Of a DNA stretch of 64,000 nucleotides, positions 24,250 to 36,399 are shown one piece after another. The stretch is taken from assembly GCF_018350175.1 (NCBI RefSeq), contig NC_058368.1, forward strand, positions 18,664,001-18,728,000. The letters are read 5' to 3'. The translations under genes and the position numbers were made by a program. Origin of the DNA: Felis catus. Taxonomy: Eukaryota. The notes beneath the pieces are model-generated. The model made no database searches, had not been told where the DNA came from, and was given only the letters and a program-made list of their open reading frames with translations. Numbering within the stretch: position 1 is the first letter of the stretch; the number at the start of each line of letters is the position of its first letter.

Positions 24250-26479
24250 CTATAAAAATAAAACAAGGACCAGTAGGTAAACAAGACTGAAAATGGCACA
24301 GCATCACATGCAGAGATTCCTTTTGCCTTTCAATACACCACTTTGCTTTTCTCTAAATCACTGTAAGAACTGGACATGTTACTTAAACAGCAGACTCTGC
24401 ATGACCTTCCCCACTCCTTCACCCTAGTATGTTCTAATTTAGGGCAATTGAAACATTCACTTTAAGAGAAAGAATTTGAGCAGCCACACTTGTGCCTTCT
24501 GTGGTCATTCTCTACCCCAAATGAAAATAAACTCCATTTTAAAAAACAAACAAACAACAACAACAAAAGACCTTTGCTCTTTACAAAGATATCTTGTCAT
24601 CAGCCTCCTAGAAAGCTGTTAGATATTAATCTGATGCTGGAGGGCTGGGACAGGGGGTGGGGAAGGGAGGAGGACACGGAAACTTCCAATCAACTGGACA
24701 TGAGCATGATCTACGATCATGGACTTCTATCGAGAGGCATAGTGGGCCTGGAGTCTTAGAGAATATAATAGAGAAAAGGCACTCTTATCTACAAAATATT
24801 TTGCAGAACAAAGAGGGCTGTGAGTGGGTATTAAATCTGAAGGGGACTGAAGTCACGCAGCAGTCTAAACCTAGCTCAGAGTATCATCAGAAACAGAAGG
24901 CTGCCACTTGAACAGCACACATTTCCATGATGAGCTGACTGAGTCCAACATGAAAGAAGAGACTCTAGTCAAGTGGGCTCAGAACATTTCATGGAGCCTG
25001 ACACAGTCTGGCATCATTGGCATTGCTCATTGCACTCAGTTGGCAGTGCAGGGGTGAAGCAGGGAAGGCAGAAGGAGCATCTTGAGTAGGGCAGCTCTGT
25101 GGGCTAAGTTGTGAACCCTACATACAGTCTCTGTTGCTTATAGGCCCCGTGACCCACAGTTACGAGGTTTCATTTCTCCTGAGCTTCTGCCATGCCCAGT
25201 ACCTAATAAACGCTGACGAATTACAGTATGTTAACAGCCTCCAGCCTCTCTCGGCTGGGTCTTGGAATGGGGGAAGCAACCGGTATCCCAGACTATCAAG
25301 GTACCATGAACACCCGGATATCCTCAGTCTTTCCATCTCTAACTTTAGCAACACATCCCATAGCAGTAGGCCTTTGCCTCAGTTTTAATTACTTCCCACT
25401 AGATCGTGTTTGTCCTGACTTTCATGTGGCTGGGCCCTGACACTCTCCTGCGGATGCTGAATCTGGTTCTCCAGATCCTGTAGTCCAGTGCTAGTCTTTT
25501 AGTTGTTACCAGGGGAGACAGCACTGAACCACGAGTCTTGGGTTCAAGCTCCACAAATGTCATTAAATTTAGTCATTAAACCTGTGAATTCCCATGTCTT
25601 CATCTGAAGGTTAAGGCTACTCTTAACTACCCTCCCCACCTTTGAGGGTGGTTAAATACAAGCAAAGTATAATGTATTAGATGGTGTTGCCTACCTCCTG
25701 CCCAGGGGTTGTCTTCCCACCAGCTTTCTGAGCTCTAGACATTTACCAAGAAACGGCCTGTGAAAAACCCAAAGCCTTTATATCCATACAGTGAGCTTAA
25801 TGAGAATTCTGAGCCAGTCTTTCTCTGCAGCAGCTTCCTACATGTCCACTGGGACCCTGGTAGATCGTCCAGATGGGCTGTTACATGACTTAGAACATCC
25901 TGGAGGAGGTCACATGGCCAGAAGCATAGCAAGAGCCTGGCTAGACCTCCAGGCAACTATCAAAAGAAGGAAGTTGCCACTGGTGACAAATGCTTCAAAT
26001 CTCAGAAATAGCAGTTCACCCAAAACCAAGTTCACATGTGCACAGAGTGAAAAGTCTAACAGACCCATTACTGGTCTCATTCAGCTCCAAGTCACGCCCA
26101 CTACAACCACTGTCAATAGAACCATCTTTGGAAGCAACAGGCAAAATTAAAGACAATTAACTATATCTTTGTAATGTGGCCAAACAGTAATGTGACTGAT
26201 TTCACAACGCATTTGGCAAAACCAAATGGGTATGGTTAAAACATTTAGAGAAAGTTGCTCCAAAAGGACATACAAACAAAAAAGCATACTGTTCAACAAT
26301 GTAATTTAATATCCAATATATTGCAAACAAATCAAGAGGAATAGAGTATCCCAACAACCAATATTACTCTTTTCTAGGAAATAGTTTAAAACCAGAGTCT
26401 CTAGCAATGGAACAGAAGTTCTATTCTCCACAGAGGAATGATGCTCAGCTGATGGTGAAAACATGCAAATGCTGCCCAT

Positions 26480-26610
26480 CAGGCATTGTGCTAGGGACCT
26501 GTGTCCACTTTCTCAGTTAATTCCCGTAAGATGCCATGTGATGAGGAAACCAGCTCAGACAGAATTAGTGATGTACCCAAGGGTACATCGCCAGCAAGTG
26601 TGGGAGTTAA
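26480..26610 (-). mobile_element. MIR fragment
   Basis: CAGGCATTGTGCTAGG...GATGAGGAAACCAGCTCAGA. Confidence 0.6.
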
Positions 26611-26719
26611 GGACCTTTCCATTTCAACCAACTGACTTATATGCAAAAGGCAGATCAAAACAAAGCCCTTCCTATTCCAGCCCACCCAACACACCTCATA
26701 CATGTACAGTTGTCATAGT

Positions 26720-26736
26720 GGGGGGGGGGGGGGGGG
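26720..26736 (+). repeat. G17 homopolymer
   Basis: 17 consecutive G. Confidence 0.97.
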
Positions 26737-26969
26737 CAAGAGATGGGGACAGTATAGAGAATGTCAGAATGAGCTATGCTTCTGCTTTCATTCAGGAGTC
26801 ATGGTGACCATTTTGTGCTTATGAAACCACACTCAAAATGGTATTCTATGGGGTAATCTTTAGACTTTAGAAGGTCAAAGATGGTGCCTCTACCTTGCAC
26901 AGCAGATTCTAGACCTAGGATTCTATCACTTAAACTTATCAAAATGCAAATCCAACCAAGATGCTAGCT

Positions 26970-27560
26970 TAGCATGGTGGTGGTGAGTATGTAAACTAGT
27001 ATAAACTTTTTGGTAAAAGCTATTAAAATTTAAAATATGGACATCTTTTGACCTAATATTTTCTTACCTAGAAGTTTAACTATAGTCATGCCATATAGTA
27101 TCCAAAGATATAAGGACATATAAGAGATATAAGCTATATAAGGACATTCATTTCAGGACTGTTTATAAACATGAAAGACTGAGAACAACCCACATATCCA
27201 CCAGTGGGAATTGACGAAATAAATTATAGTACATACATAAAATGGATTATTCTTTAGCCACTAAAAAGGACAAATGTCCATTGATACGAAAAAGATGCCC
27301 AAGATATGTCACCTAGAGGGGGAAAAAAAGCATATTGTAAGTCAGCGTGCATAAAATTACCCCATTTTTGTAAATAATAAGACATGTGGTTGCATATGTG
27401 TAGGGAAAAGATCCGGAATGATATTCACCAAACTATTCACAGTGGTTTTTTTTTTCCTAGGGGGAAAAAACTAGGAAGGTTTCTACTTTCTACTTTTTAG
27501 ATTTCTACATTTTTAGAAATGCTTATTTATATGAATATTTATTGTTTTGTCATAAAAAAT
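26970..27560 (+). mobile_element. old L1 3' end (L1ME-like)
   Basis: TGGTGAGTATGTAAACTAGTATAAACTTTTTGG...AAATAAATTATAGTACATACATAAAATGGATTATT. Confidence 0.75.
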
Positions 27561-28131
27561 TAATAAATTTTTTTATTCTGAGTGTTAGTCTGGGGCTTGG
27601 TGTTTGTGATATGAGAACCTAACCAATATTTCAAATCTGGAACTAGAAAGGAGAACAAAAAGAACAGAACATCTCCAAAATGTGATTCTCATGTGAGCCA
27701 TACTTGAGAAGCAACGATTTATAAGGGAATGGATTTGCTGGTAACTTTCAAACACACAGCTGCAGATAAACTATTGTTGATGACCCAAAATTTTCTTCGA
27801 CATGTCTGGGGAAAATGGCAGAGTTATAATATGTTTGTATGACGCCTCTTTGTAAAATTCAATAAAATAAACAAAAACGTATTCCATTTATGGTTGGGTC
27901 TGCAAGTTTCTCACTTAAGCCATCAAACTTATTTTTAAGGAGAAGAGTTTCTAACGGTGTGTTTTGGGGCCTTCGATCTTAATGTAAAGACTTGTTAGAT
28001 CGTATATACGAAGCTACCTGTGTTTCCCAATTAAATCTATTCCTGGAAGCATCTGAAGGTCACATGTTAAGGGCACTTGTACAACACACAACCTTCCACA
28101 GCAATGCTGAGTGACAGAGCCTGGGGGAAGC

Positions 28132-28189
28132 CTGTGATTGGCTGGCTGGCCGCCCAAAGACCTCACAAGGTGGCCGCCAGTGGGCTCCA
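28132..28189 (+). promoter_or_regulatory. CTCF-like motif with adjacent reverse CCAAT box
   Basis: TGGCCGCCAGTGGGCTCCA 28171-28189 (12/14 to core CCRSYAGRKGGCRS); CTGTGATTGGCTG 28132-28144. Confidence 0.45.
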
Positions 28190-28844
28190 GGAGTGAGTCT
28201 GATTTCAACAGCACACTGAGAATGGATCCAGCTCTCATGGGTGAACCTACGACCCTACAGAGTCCGGTTCAGATAACTAGATTGCTAGAGAATTAATTTG
28301 CTACGAGAATGATCTTCTATTATACAAGCGAATACATATGATAGCACATGATGGCTTTCTCTCCTTTTGAATGATCTATTGGCAAGTTCAGTATTGTCAG
28401 AAGGTTATACTGCAAGTACGACTTCACAGCAGAAGCAGGAAGTTATATAACTGGAAGGTGTAAAGGCATCTGGCCCAAACAGCCTGGTGGGCCCATCTCC
28501 ACAGTATAATTACATCCTCCAAAATGCCCAGATGCTACTCCTCCATTCAGCCAGGACACCCTCTCTCAAGGACAGGACCAACTTGTGGCTGTTCATCTCT
28601 CTTTTTATATCCCCCTTCGGAAACACAGTACATCACGACGGATTAGATTTCTGCTGTTTGTTTGTTTGTTTGTTTGTTTATAATCACATTCTATTTCTGC
28701 CTCGTGAGCTCATTCTCTGAATCACCTTGAATGTGATATCTGATGCCTGCAAATTCTCCAGATAGACCATTTCTGACTTTGCTCTCTTGGATGGCTAATC
28801 ACATCCATTATATGCATATTTTACGGGCTTTACTGTGAGAAGAC

Positions 28845-29190
28845 ATAGTAGTCAGGCTGGGACAGGCTATGCTGAAGTAACAGGGAAATCAAAATCTCAG
28901 TAACTCAGCAATACAACTTATTTCATACTTTTGCAAAGTCTATCATGAGATGGCAGGGCCCTCCTCCCATCTGGTGAGACTGAATCCAGGTCTTTATTCT
29001 GTCATTTACACATCAATGCAGGCTACAGGATCACTGCAGCAAATGAGACAAAGATGGAGGGGAGAGTTGGCTCTTAAGCACCTCTGTGAAAGTGACATCT
29101 GATGTCCCATGTTTCATCCGACTGTAGAGGAGTTTGGGAAATATGGTGGACCACTGGATTATTTGGAGAGTGCTAGTTGTGACTGAAACA
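28845..29190 (-). mobile_element. MaLR LTR (old MLT1)
   Basis: TAGTCAGGCTGGGACAGGCTATGCTGAAGTAACA...AAAATCTCAGTAACTCAGCA. Confidence 0.65.
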
Positions 29191-29329
29191 GAAAGTTCCC
29201 GTATTTCCAGGTGCTTAAAAGTACTTTACTGTCACTTTATACCAGTAATAGCTAAGATTAGAGAGCATTGGATGCTTCAGAATTGTTCTTAGTCCGTTTC
29301 TAACGTTACTCATCAATATGATCCAGATA

Positions 29330-29900
29330 ATTTACCGAGGGTCTAAAAATCTGGGTTAGACAGGGATAGAGAGTAAACCCAGTTTTACCTTTGAAAAGTG
29401 CATAATCTAGTAATGAGGTATTATGTTAACAAAAAGCAATGCTGTTATATGCATATAACACAAAACATAGAATATATACAAAATATAATATCAATATCAA
29501 TATATAAGATATACATTTAATGATATATAACCGTAATACAGAGAAAAACTAAATGGGAACTAGACTAAATATACAAATCAAATTTAGTGGGAGAAATGAT
29601 TTCTTTTTGAAGAATACAGGTCATGAACCCAGAGAAGGCAGAATTTTCAGTCCTTTAACAAAGGCTTGTGAAAGGTAGAGACAGGTGAGAAGCATATATG
29701 AAGGCAGGAGATGTGAGATTAGCAGTATCTCAGGTCAGTGCAATGTGATGTGTCTGGAACCTAGGTTAAAGCAGGAGAGGAAATGGCTGGAGATGGGCTG
29801 GTAAGGTGAGTTGAGGCCTTGAATGCCACTAGGTGGGCTTGAACATTAGTCTAAAGGTAATGGGATATACCGCTGGTCTAGGGAGAAAAGAATAGCTAAA
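29330..29900 (-). mobile_element. L2 fragments
   Basis: GGCCTTGAATGCCACTAGG...GGTAATGGGA pattern; approximate. Confidence 0.5.
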
Positions 29901-30104
29901 CCTCCTTTAGAAAACTCGGTATCAGAGTAGAGACCAGCCAAAAAGCCATCACAGCCACTGCAGAGAGGGACTTTTTCCCAATGGCCCATCTCTCACTGGG
30001 ACCCCCCAGATTTGAACCTCCTGATGTGTCCATGGCCTTGGAATCTTCCCAGACGTCCCCATCCTAGACCTGGCTGGTACTCATCTGAACAATTCATTCC
30101 TTCT

Positions 30105-30580
30105 CTGCCCCCTGCTCAACAAATCAGCAAACGCTGTTGGCTCTACCTTCTGAGCACATCCCAAGTCCAAACACTCCTCCCCAGCTCCTGAACTCCCACC
30201 CTAATCCAAGCTGCCCTCCCCCAGCATGGTCCTTTAAGAGCCTAAATCAGAATTCCACATCCCACAGGGGCTCTCCACCCCACTCAGAATGAAACCCAAA
30301 GTCTGCCCCCAGTCTCTGTCCTTGCTCTGCTCATCCCAACTCCACACCTGCTCCCACTCTAGCTTCGGGGCCTGCTGTTCTCTGTACATTTGGGCCATCA
30401 GGTGCCTTCGCTGAGCCTCCTGCCCAAAGAGCAATACACCCACATCCCTCCCCATGAACCCTTCCCCCGTGGCTTCAACCCTCTGAGCTTTCCACGGCTG
30501 TACTCTAGACCTTCACTGGAACCTGGCACCCAGGAAGCCCTCTGGAATTATGTGTTACATGAAGCAGTGAATAAATGGAA
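30105..30580 (+). mobile_element. L2 fragments
   Basis: CTGTTGGCTCTACCTTC...CCCCACTCAGAATGAAACCCAAAGTC...GAACCTGGCACCCAGGAAG. Confidence 0.65.
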
Positions 30581-30618
30581 ATTTTTGTAACATCAAGTGG
30601 GATAAAAAATGGAACTAT

Positions 30619-30814
30619 GGGGTGCCTGGATGGCTCAGTCAGTTAAGTGTCAGACTTTTGATTATGGCTCAGGTCATAATCTCACAGTTCATGGGACCAA
30701 GCCCCGCATCTGCGCTGACAGCACGGAGCCTGCTTGGGATTCTCTCTCTCCCTCTCTTTCTGCCCTTTCCCTCCACTCTCTCTCTCTCTCTCAAAATAAA
30801 TAAATAAACTTTTA
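30619..30814 (+). mobile_element. CanSINE
   Basis: Head, CT tract and A tail; degenerate TSD AAAAAATGG..CTA. Confidence 0.96.
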
Positions 30815-30990
30815 AAAAAATGGGGCTAACAGCTAAGAGAGAGGCTGCTCTATTCCTTCCTTACAGAACTTAACAAAAATCTCAGACCATATTCTCATTC
30901 CAAGCACCTCTACTCAAGTTAACTTGCTCGGGTAGAGGCTCCCGCCTCTAAGGCAGGACAGGAACATTTATCAAGAGTGGTAAGTGGCCA

Positions 30991-31150
30991 GAGTGCCTGG
31001 GTGGCTCAGTCAGTTGAGCATCTGATTTCAGCTCAGGTCATGATCTCATGGTTCATGAGTTCAAGCCCAGCATCAGGCTCTCTGCTGTCAGATCAGAGCC
31101 TGCTTTGGATCTTCTGTCTGCCCCTGCCCCCATCTCTCTGCCCCTCTCCT

Positions 31151-31187
<37 letters not shown>

Positions 31188-31213
31188 AATAAATAAATAA
31201 ACTTAAAAAAAAA
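30991..31213 (+). mobile_element. CanSINE
   Basis: TSD AAGAGTGGTAAGTGGC / AAGAGTGATAAGAGGC. Confidence 0.96.
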
Positions 31214-32240
31214 AAGAGTGATAAGAGGCAAAGGAAGGGCCTGAGAGTCCCATGGAGCCAAATCAGCTACATGGCAGGTGCGACCCCTGCACCCATTCCA
31301 GGGGCTGCAAACACTGAGGCCAGTGGGGAGGGGGCAGGGGGTAGAGAAGGCCCAGGATGCTAGGTTTCAGGGCTTATGTCTGCTCCCTGCCTGTAAGTCA
31401 TTTACCCTCTCAGACTCCCCCCACCCACCCACCCCACTGCCACCACCCAAGTATTATGGTAAGTGAAAGTGCTGGGCTGAGTCCCTACCGACAGGGTCCT
31501 CAGTGATGGAACTGAGCGGTGTGGGGGTGAGCCGGGAGTACCCTAGGCATTGCATGAAAGTGTTTGAGGGGTTCCACTCAGGGAGGAGGGGCAGGAGCCC
31601 CTCACCACGCCACACCCCCTCCTTTCCAGCGCCAAGGGGAAAGGTAGAGCTAATACTTAGGGAGCATGGGGAGAAAAGGCTCACTTGCAATCCTATTCAG
31701 AGCCAAGGAATGGTTTCCACGCTCAGAAAGACTTGAAAGTTTACATCTGTGACGCCGCATGTTGTTTTGACAGAATTCTTTTCGTAAGTTGGAAAAGGGG
31801 AGCAGAAGGAAATGTGGCCCTTAAAAGAGTAAATTAGCGACAATGCCTTTCGAAGTCCACAAGCCCCCGCCCCACCCCAACAAACAGAGGTTCCAAACAG
31901 GCCACCAATCTATTGGCATGCCCAGGTCTGTGAGGTCACAAGCCACCCAGGAGCCTCGGGACAGGACAGAGTCCTGAGTTCACCTCTACCTGTTTCGGGC
32001 ATCTGTCTCTTAAGATTCAGGTGAGAATGATTCAACAAAGATGGCAAGAAAGACAGAATGGGGATGGATGAGAACAAAAGGGAGAAAAAGTCCATGTTTC
32101 TGTGCTGTAGGAAAAAAGTCCATTTCTTTGCCCTTCAAAACCTGACCCAGTTTTCTCCGGCTGAAAGGCAGGCGTCTCAGGAACTCCCTGAGTAGAAATT
32201 AAGAGCATTGGAAACTGATTAAGGAGTGGCCTTAGATCAG

Positions 32241-32424
32241 CAGCGGTTATCGCCCCAGGATGTGCTGTACGATACATATGCTCCCCTTGCTCCGCCCCAG
32301 AAATGCCGATTCCGGGTACGCGTAGGTGTGTGTACAGGTGTGTGGGCACCAGAACGGGCCATATGTGCATTTTAAATGCCCCCAGGTGGTCCTGACTCAC
32401 TGGAGCGTAAGGTACAAACCGCTC
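32241..32424. mobile_element. hAT-Charlie MITE (MER5-like)
   Basis: Terminal inverted repeat AGCGGTT...AACCGCT; TGTGCATTTTAAATGCCCCCAGGTG. Confidence 0.6.
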
Positions 32425-33171
32425 TAACAGAGAAGAGTCTCTGGAGTGACGCCTGCCAGAGAAGATTCTGCCCACTGATCAAGATTCCTTCTGAAAGAAT
32501 CACTTATTAGCCCTGCCAAGCTCCAAGGTACAGAGAGGCTCACAGGTCCCCAGAATACTGGCCTGAAAACTTTAGCCACAGTCTTTATCAGTAGCAGCTG
32601 TGAATTTGAATATTGACTTGAACTTCAATAGCCCACTCCTTCCCACTCTCAGCCTCTCCTGGCTTCCATTCATTTGTCAAGTGCGTGTTGAGCACCTGCA
32701 ATGCGCCAGGCCCCGGGGATACAGCAGAGAACAGCGCCTTTCCTCGTGGCACATGTGGCTCAAGAGGCAGAGAGACAGGAAGCAGTGACCCACGGACAGC
32801 TGTCTAACTATAATTGTCAACACAAGCCAGCAAACACACAGGACGGTGTAAAGCTATGTGACGGGCCTGCTTCCCCTCGGGGGCTCAGAAACACCATCTT
32901 GAGGAAGCAGCCCTCAAGCGGAGATGAAAATCACAAGAGTAGGCTAGCCAGAGAGCTTTGGGAAGGAGCACACGGCACACCTTTTTAACTATATAATAGT
33001 CAGGAAGCTTTGTCCCTAAGAAGAGACACTCACCCACTTCCCCATAGTGATCCCCCAGAGATAAGGCACTCAGGGCAACCAAGTGGGGCCAAGGAGCCCA
33101 CACAGGCCCTCAAACCATCTCACATTCTAGCCACGTAGTGGCCAACGGGCTGGGTTTGCTCTGTCTGCTTC

Positions 33172-33560
33172 AGGCATTCATTCATTATTCACTCAGCAAT
33201 TTCTTGAACGACCTCTTTTTCTCAAGCACTGTGCCAAGCACAGAAGGTGCAAAGCTTAATCGATCACAATCCCTAGCCTCTAGAACCTCACCACCTGTTA
33301 AGGGAGACACACTAAAGGTGATTCTAAACTAGACTGAAAAGTGGGCGCAATGGTGATATGTTGCGAGATGAACTGAGCAACACGCAAGCACGCAAGCCGC
33401 TGGGAAGAGCACCTGGCACGTAGTCGATGTTTCATAAATATGCGTCATCGTCATTAGAAGAGGATGGTGTGTAGGATACCATGCGGGGTAGAACGGAGTA
33501 TAGGAGCCACCTAACTGGGATGGATAGGAACGGTGGGGATGACACCTGAGCTGGGTTTCA
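33172..33560 (-). mobile_element. L2 3' fragment with an embedded MIR piece
   Basis: CATTCATTCATTATTCACTCAGCAA...CACTGTGCCAAGCAC; MIR-like AGCACCTGGCACGTAGT near 33410. Confidence 0.6.
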
Positions 33561-33605
33561 GAGGATAAATAGGGGCATCAATCTGTATCATCTTAAAGTA
33601 CCTTA

Positions 33606-33782
33606 CTAATAATAGCTAACCTATACGGTGTGCTAACCACGCATCAGGCACTGTGGGAAGTGCTGTCCCCATTTTACAGACGAGGAAGCTAAGTCCTCAG
33701 AAGGTGAAATAACGAAGGGTCTCGCACACAGCAAGTGGGAGAGCCAAGATTTGAAGCCAAGAGGATATGATTCCAGAGGCCA
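33606..33782 (-). mobile_element. MIR
   Basis: CCCCATTTTACAGACGAGGAAGCTAAG...GATTCCAGAG. Confidence 0.85.
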
Positions 33783-33789
33783 GTCTTTT

Positions 33790-34325
33790 TTCTAGTAGTC
33801 TCATTTCCAAATTTCAAAAAAATAAGTAAACTTCAATAAAGAACAAGGAATGGGTAAATACCTATGGATCCATAACCTGAAATGCATGCAATCATTTTCA
33901 TATTGGCCTCAGTTATTTTTCCGTAAAGGTGCTGAAGTAACTTTCCTTCCCCAAAGATCACCATGGTGGATCTGGTGTGTGCCCTTGTAGTCTCATAGCT
34001 TTTACTTCTACCACCCGTATAGATATCCAGACACAGTAAGATATCTAGAATAGCAAGGGGGTTCATTGTGTTTTAAATATCCTTATAAATTGCTTCTTTC
34101 TCTATGTGTTCTCTAACTTGCTTCTTTTTCATGCAGTGTTATGCATTGCATGTACTGCGATGATACTTACTCACCCAACTTGTTCACTTTAACTGCTGTA
34201 CGTTATTCCATCTCATACCATCACTGATGTGTCTGTGGTCCTAACGATGAACACTGAGTCGTTACCACCTCGCCACCATTAGAAATACTGCTGCGCTGGA
34301 CATCCTTGCACAAGGCAAGAGTTTC
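33790..34325 (-). mobile_element. old L1 3' fragment
   Basis: CACTTTTAACTGCTGTACGTTATTCCAT...TGCTGCGCTGGACATCCTTGCACA. Confidence 0.55.
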
Positions 34326-34468
34326 TTCGGAAGCTGAACCCCTACCCTCGATATGTCACCAATTCCCCCAGAAAGATAGTAAGACAAAAGATGGAGATAA
34401 ACTACAGTCTGTAGGTGCCCTAGAGTGAGCACTAATCAAAACCCCTCCTGGCTACAATGAAATTGTAG

Positions 34469-34572
34469 TGGGAAATTTGCCATCTTTGATAGAATGGGAA
34501 ATTTTAATGGGAAATTTGCCATCTTTGATAGAACGGGAAACTGAATGGGAAAATTTGCTATATTTGATAGAA
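34469..34572 (+). repeat. 38-39-bp tandem repeat, 2.7 copies
   Basis: Units start at 34469, 34508 and 34546: TGGGAAATTTGCCATCTTTGATAGAA(TGGGAAATTTTAA). Confidence 0.95.
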
Positions 34573-35039
34573 ATCAGCACAAATGAGCTGTAGCCTAGTT
34601 ATTCTTTTCAGAACTTAGAGTTGGTTTTCTTGGCCATACGTGAGAATCACCTGGAAAGCTTTCAGCATCACCAGAGATTCATGATTTATTTGGTGTGGGG
34701 TGTGATCTCGGTGTCACCACCCAGTTCCTCACACCTGGTGGAAAGCACTGCTCTGATAAACATGTCCCGAATTCACTCTGACCTTGGGACAGACAAGACC
34801 ACTCCTTTCCCCTCTTCTTGGGACTCTTCTCCAACCCTCACATCTACCCCACCCCCACCCTGCCCCACCTTGTTCTACAGAAGGACCCATGTTGACTTCC
34901 CTGGGTACACCAGTCTTCCTCTGCCTGCCTTGACAGAAACTTTGTCACACTGATGCTGAAAGAGCATCTTTCATGACTGTCTGCCATGCGTGTGTGCTAC
35001 TGGAAGCTGAGAAGGAAATGCTAATCAAGAAAAAAAATA

Positions 35040-35208
35040 GCCTGGGTGGCTCAGTTGGTTAAGTGTTCGACTCTTGATTTTGGCTCAGGTCATGATCTCG
35101 TGATCGTGAGATGGAGCCCCTTCCTGGTTGGGCTCCACGCTGGGAGTGGAGCCTGCTTGGGATTCTCTCCCAATGTCCTTCCCCAGTGCTGTCTCTCTCT
35201 CTCTCTCT
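35040..35208 (+). mobile_element. CanSINE, lacking A tail
   Basis: GCCTGGGTGGCTCAGTTGGTTAAG...GCCTGCTTGGGATTCTCTC, CT tract. Confidence 0.92.
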
Positions 35209-35441
35209 TACTTGTTTACCTCTGTTCCGTCATCTCTCCATGCAATGACTCATTGTACCAACACTGACATTGCTGTCTGCTCAGTGTTCGGGCATTTATA
35301 TCAGGCAAAATATATGGCACTTCTGTCTAGAAAGAACGTCACCCTATGAAAACCGAACAACAATGCTGCTGGGGAACCTACGTGAGTTTATGTCCATTTC
35401 ACAAAGGAATAAATGAGGTTCCAAAGATGAGGTGACTTGAA

Positions 35442-35760
35442 TCAGGGTTCTCAGATTTTGGGACTTCACATATCAGTAAAAGAAAAAATTTTAATAGTGA
35501 GCCCAGTACCTTTATTTTGTCTGTTGGCATTTTTTAAATACCGCCTACTATCACTATTATTTAAAAAGTAAAGAAGAATACTTCAACAACATTGACAAAA
35601 AGAAAAGACCTTTATCTCAGAATAAAGTCCTTAAAACTGAATAAATTTAGCCTTAGGGAAAACTGAATCCATTGTGCTGATTCTTCTGCATTTTAATGCA
35701 GATGGTGAAACTTTGTCCTAGACCAGCATGGTCCAAGGACCCACATCTGGGAACCATTGA
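35442..35760. mobile_element. hAT-Charlie-type MITE
   Basis: CAGGGTTCTCAGAT...ATCTGGGAACCATTG inverted termini. Confidence 0.55.
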
Positions 35761-35767
35761 GTTAGAG

Positions 35768-35875
35768 CATAGAATCTTAGAATTGTAAAATATCTTTAAA
35801 GTAACCATGTTCAACCACCCCTGTGATGCTTGAGTTCCTTGTATAATATACTTGACTAATGTGTGTCCAGCTAGT
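35768..35875 (-). mobile_element. L3/CR1 3' end
   Basis: CATAGAATCTTAGAATTG...TGATGCTTGAGTTCC resembles a reversed L3 tail. Confidence 0.55.
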
Positions 35876-36399
35876 CGTAAGAACGTGTTGATGAGGCCGT
35901 TTTGACACATGGACATCTTGACATGTGGAGTATAAAATTGTAATTGAGGTTTTTTTTTTTTGGTAACGGCAGAAAAAAAAAATCAGCTACTCTAAAACAC
36001 AAATCAAGATGCGAATGCTTTCCATAGTTTCAGCTCTAACCCCAGCCTCACCCCAGAGACCTGTCACTGACCTTCAATGTCAGCAGATCCCCATCTCTAG
36101 GCTCATCAAAAGGGCCAAGTGACAGGTAGGTGGGGCCCACAGATGTGTCCGGAGCGGGGCCTGGGTCAGAGAAGAGCTGTGGGTCAGGAGTAGGAGGAGG
36201 CTGAGGGAGGGGGTGGAGAAATGGGCCAAAAGCATCAATCTTGCACCCAGCTCAAAAACAGAAGAAAGTTTAATGGTAGGAATGAAACTATGTTCTCCTG
36301 TTGACCAAAGAAAATTGATTCTCTCAGAAAGGCACGTCCAACTGCTCATGGTGTTAGTATTTTGCAACATTGCACCGAAATTCCCATGACATCAAACAG

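Noticed and set aside
25791..25975. Possible exon (minus acceptor cttccttcttttgatag near 25956; ORFs on both strands)
   Set aside because: No convincing donor downstream and no recognisable peptide
34469..34572. CRISPR-like array
   Set aside because: Eukaryotic DNA, under 3 units, linkers derived from the repeat itself, no cas genes; it is a simple tandem duplication
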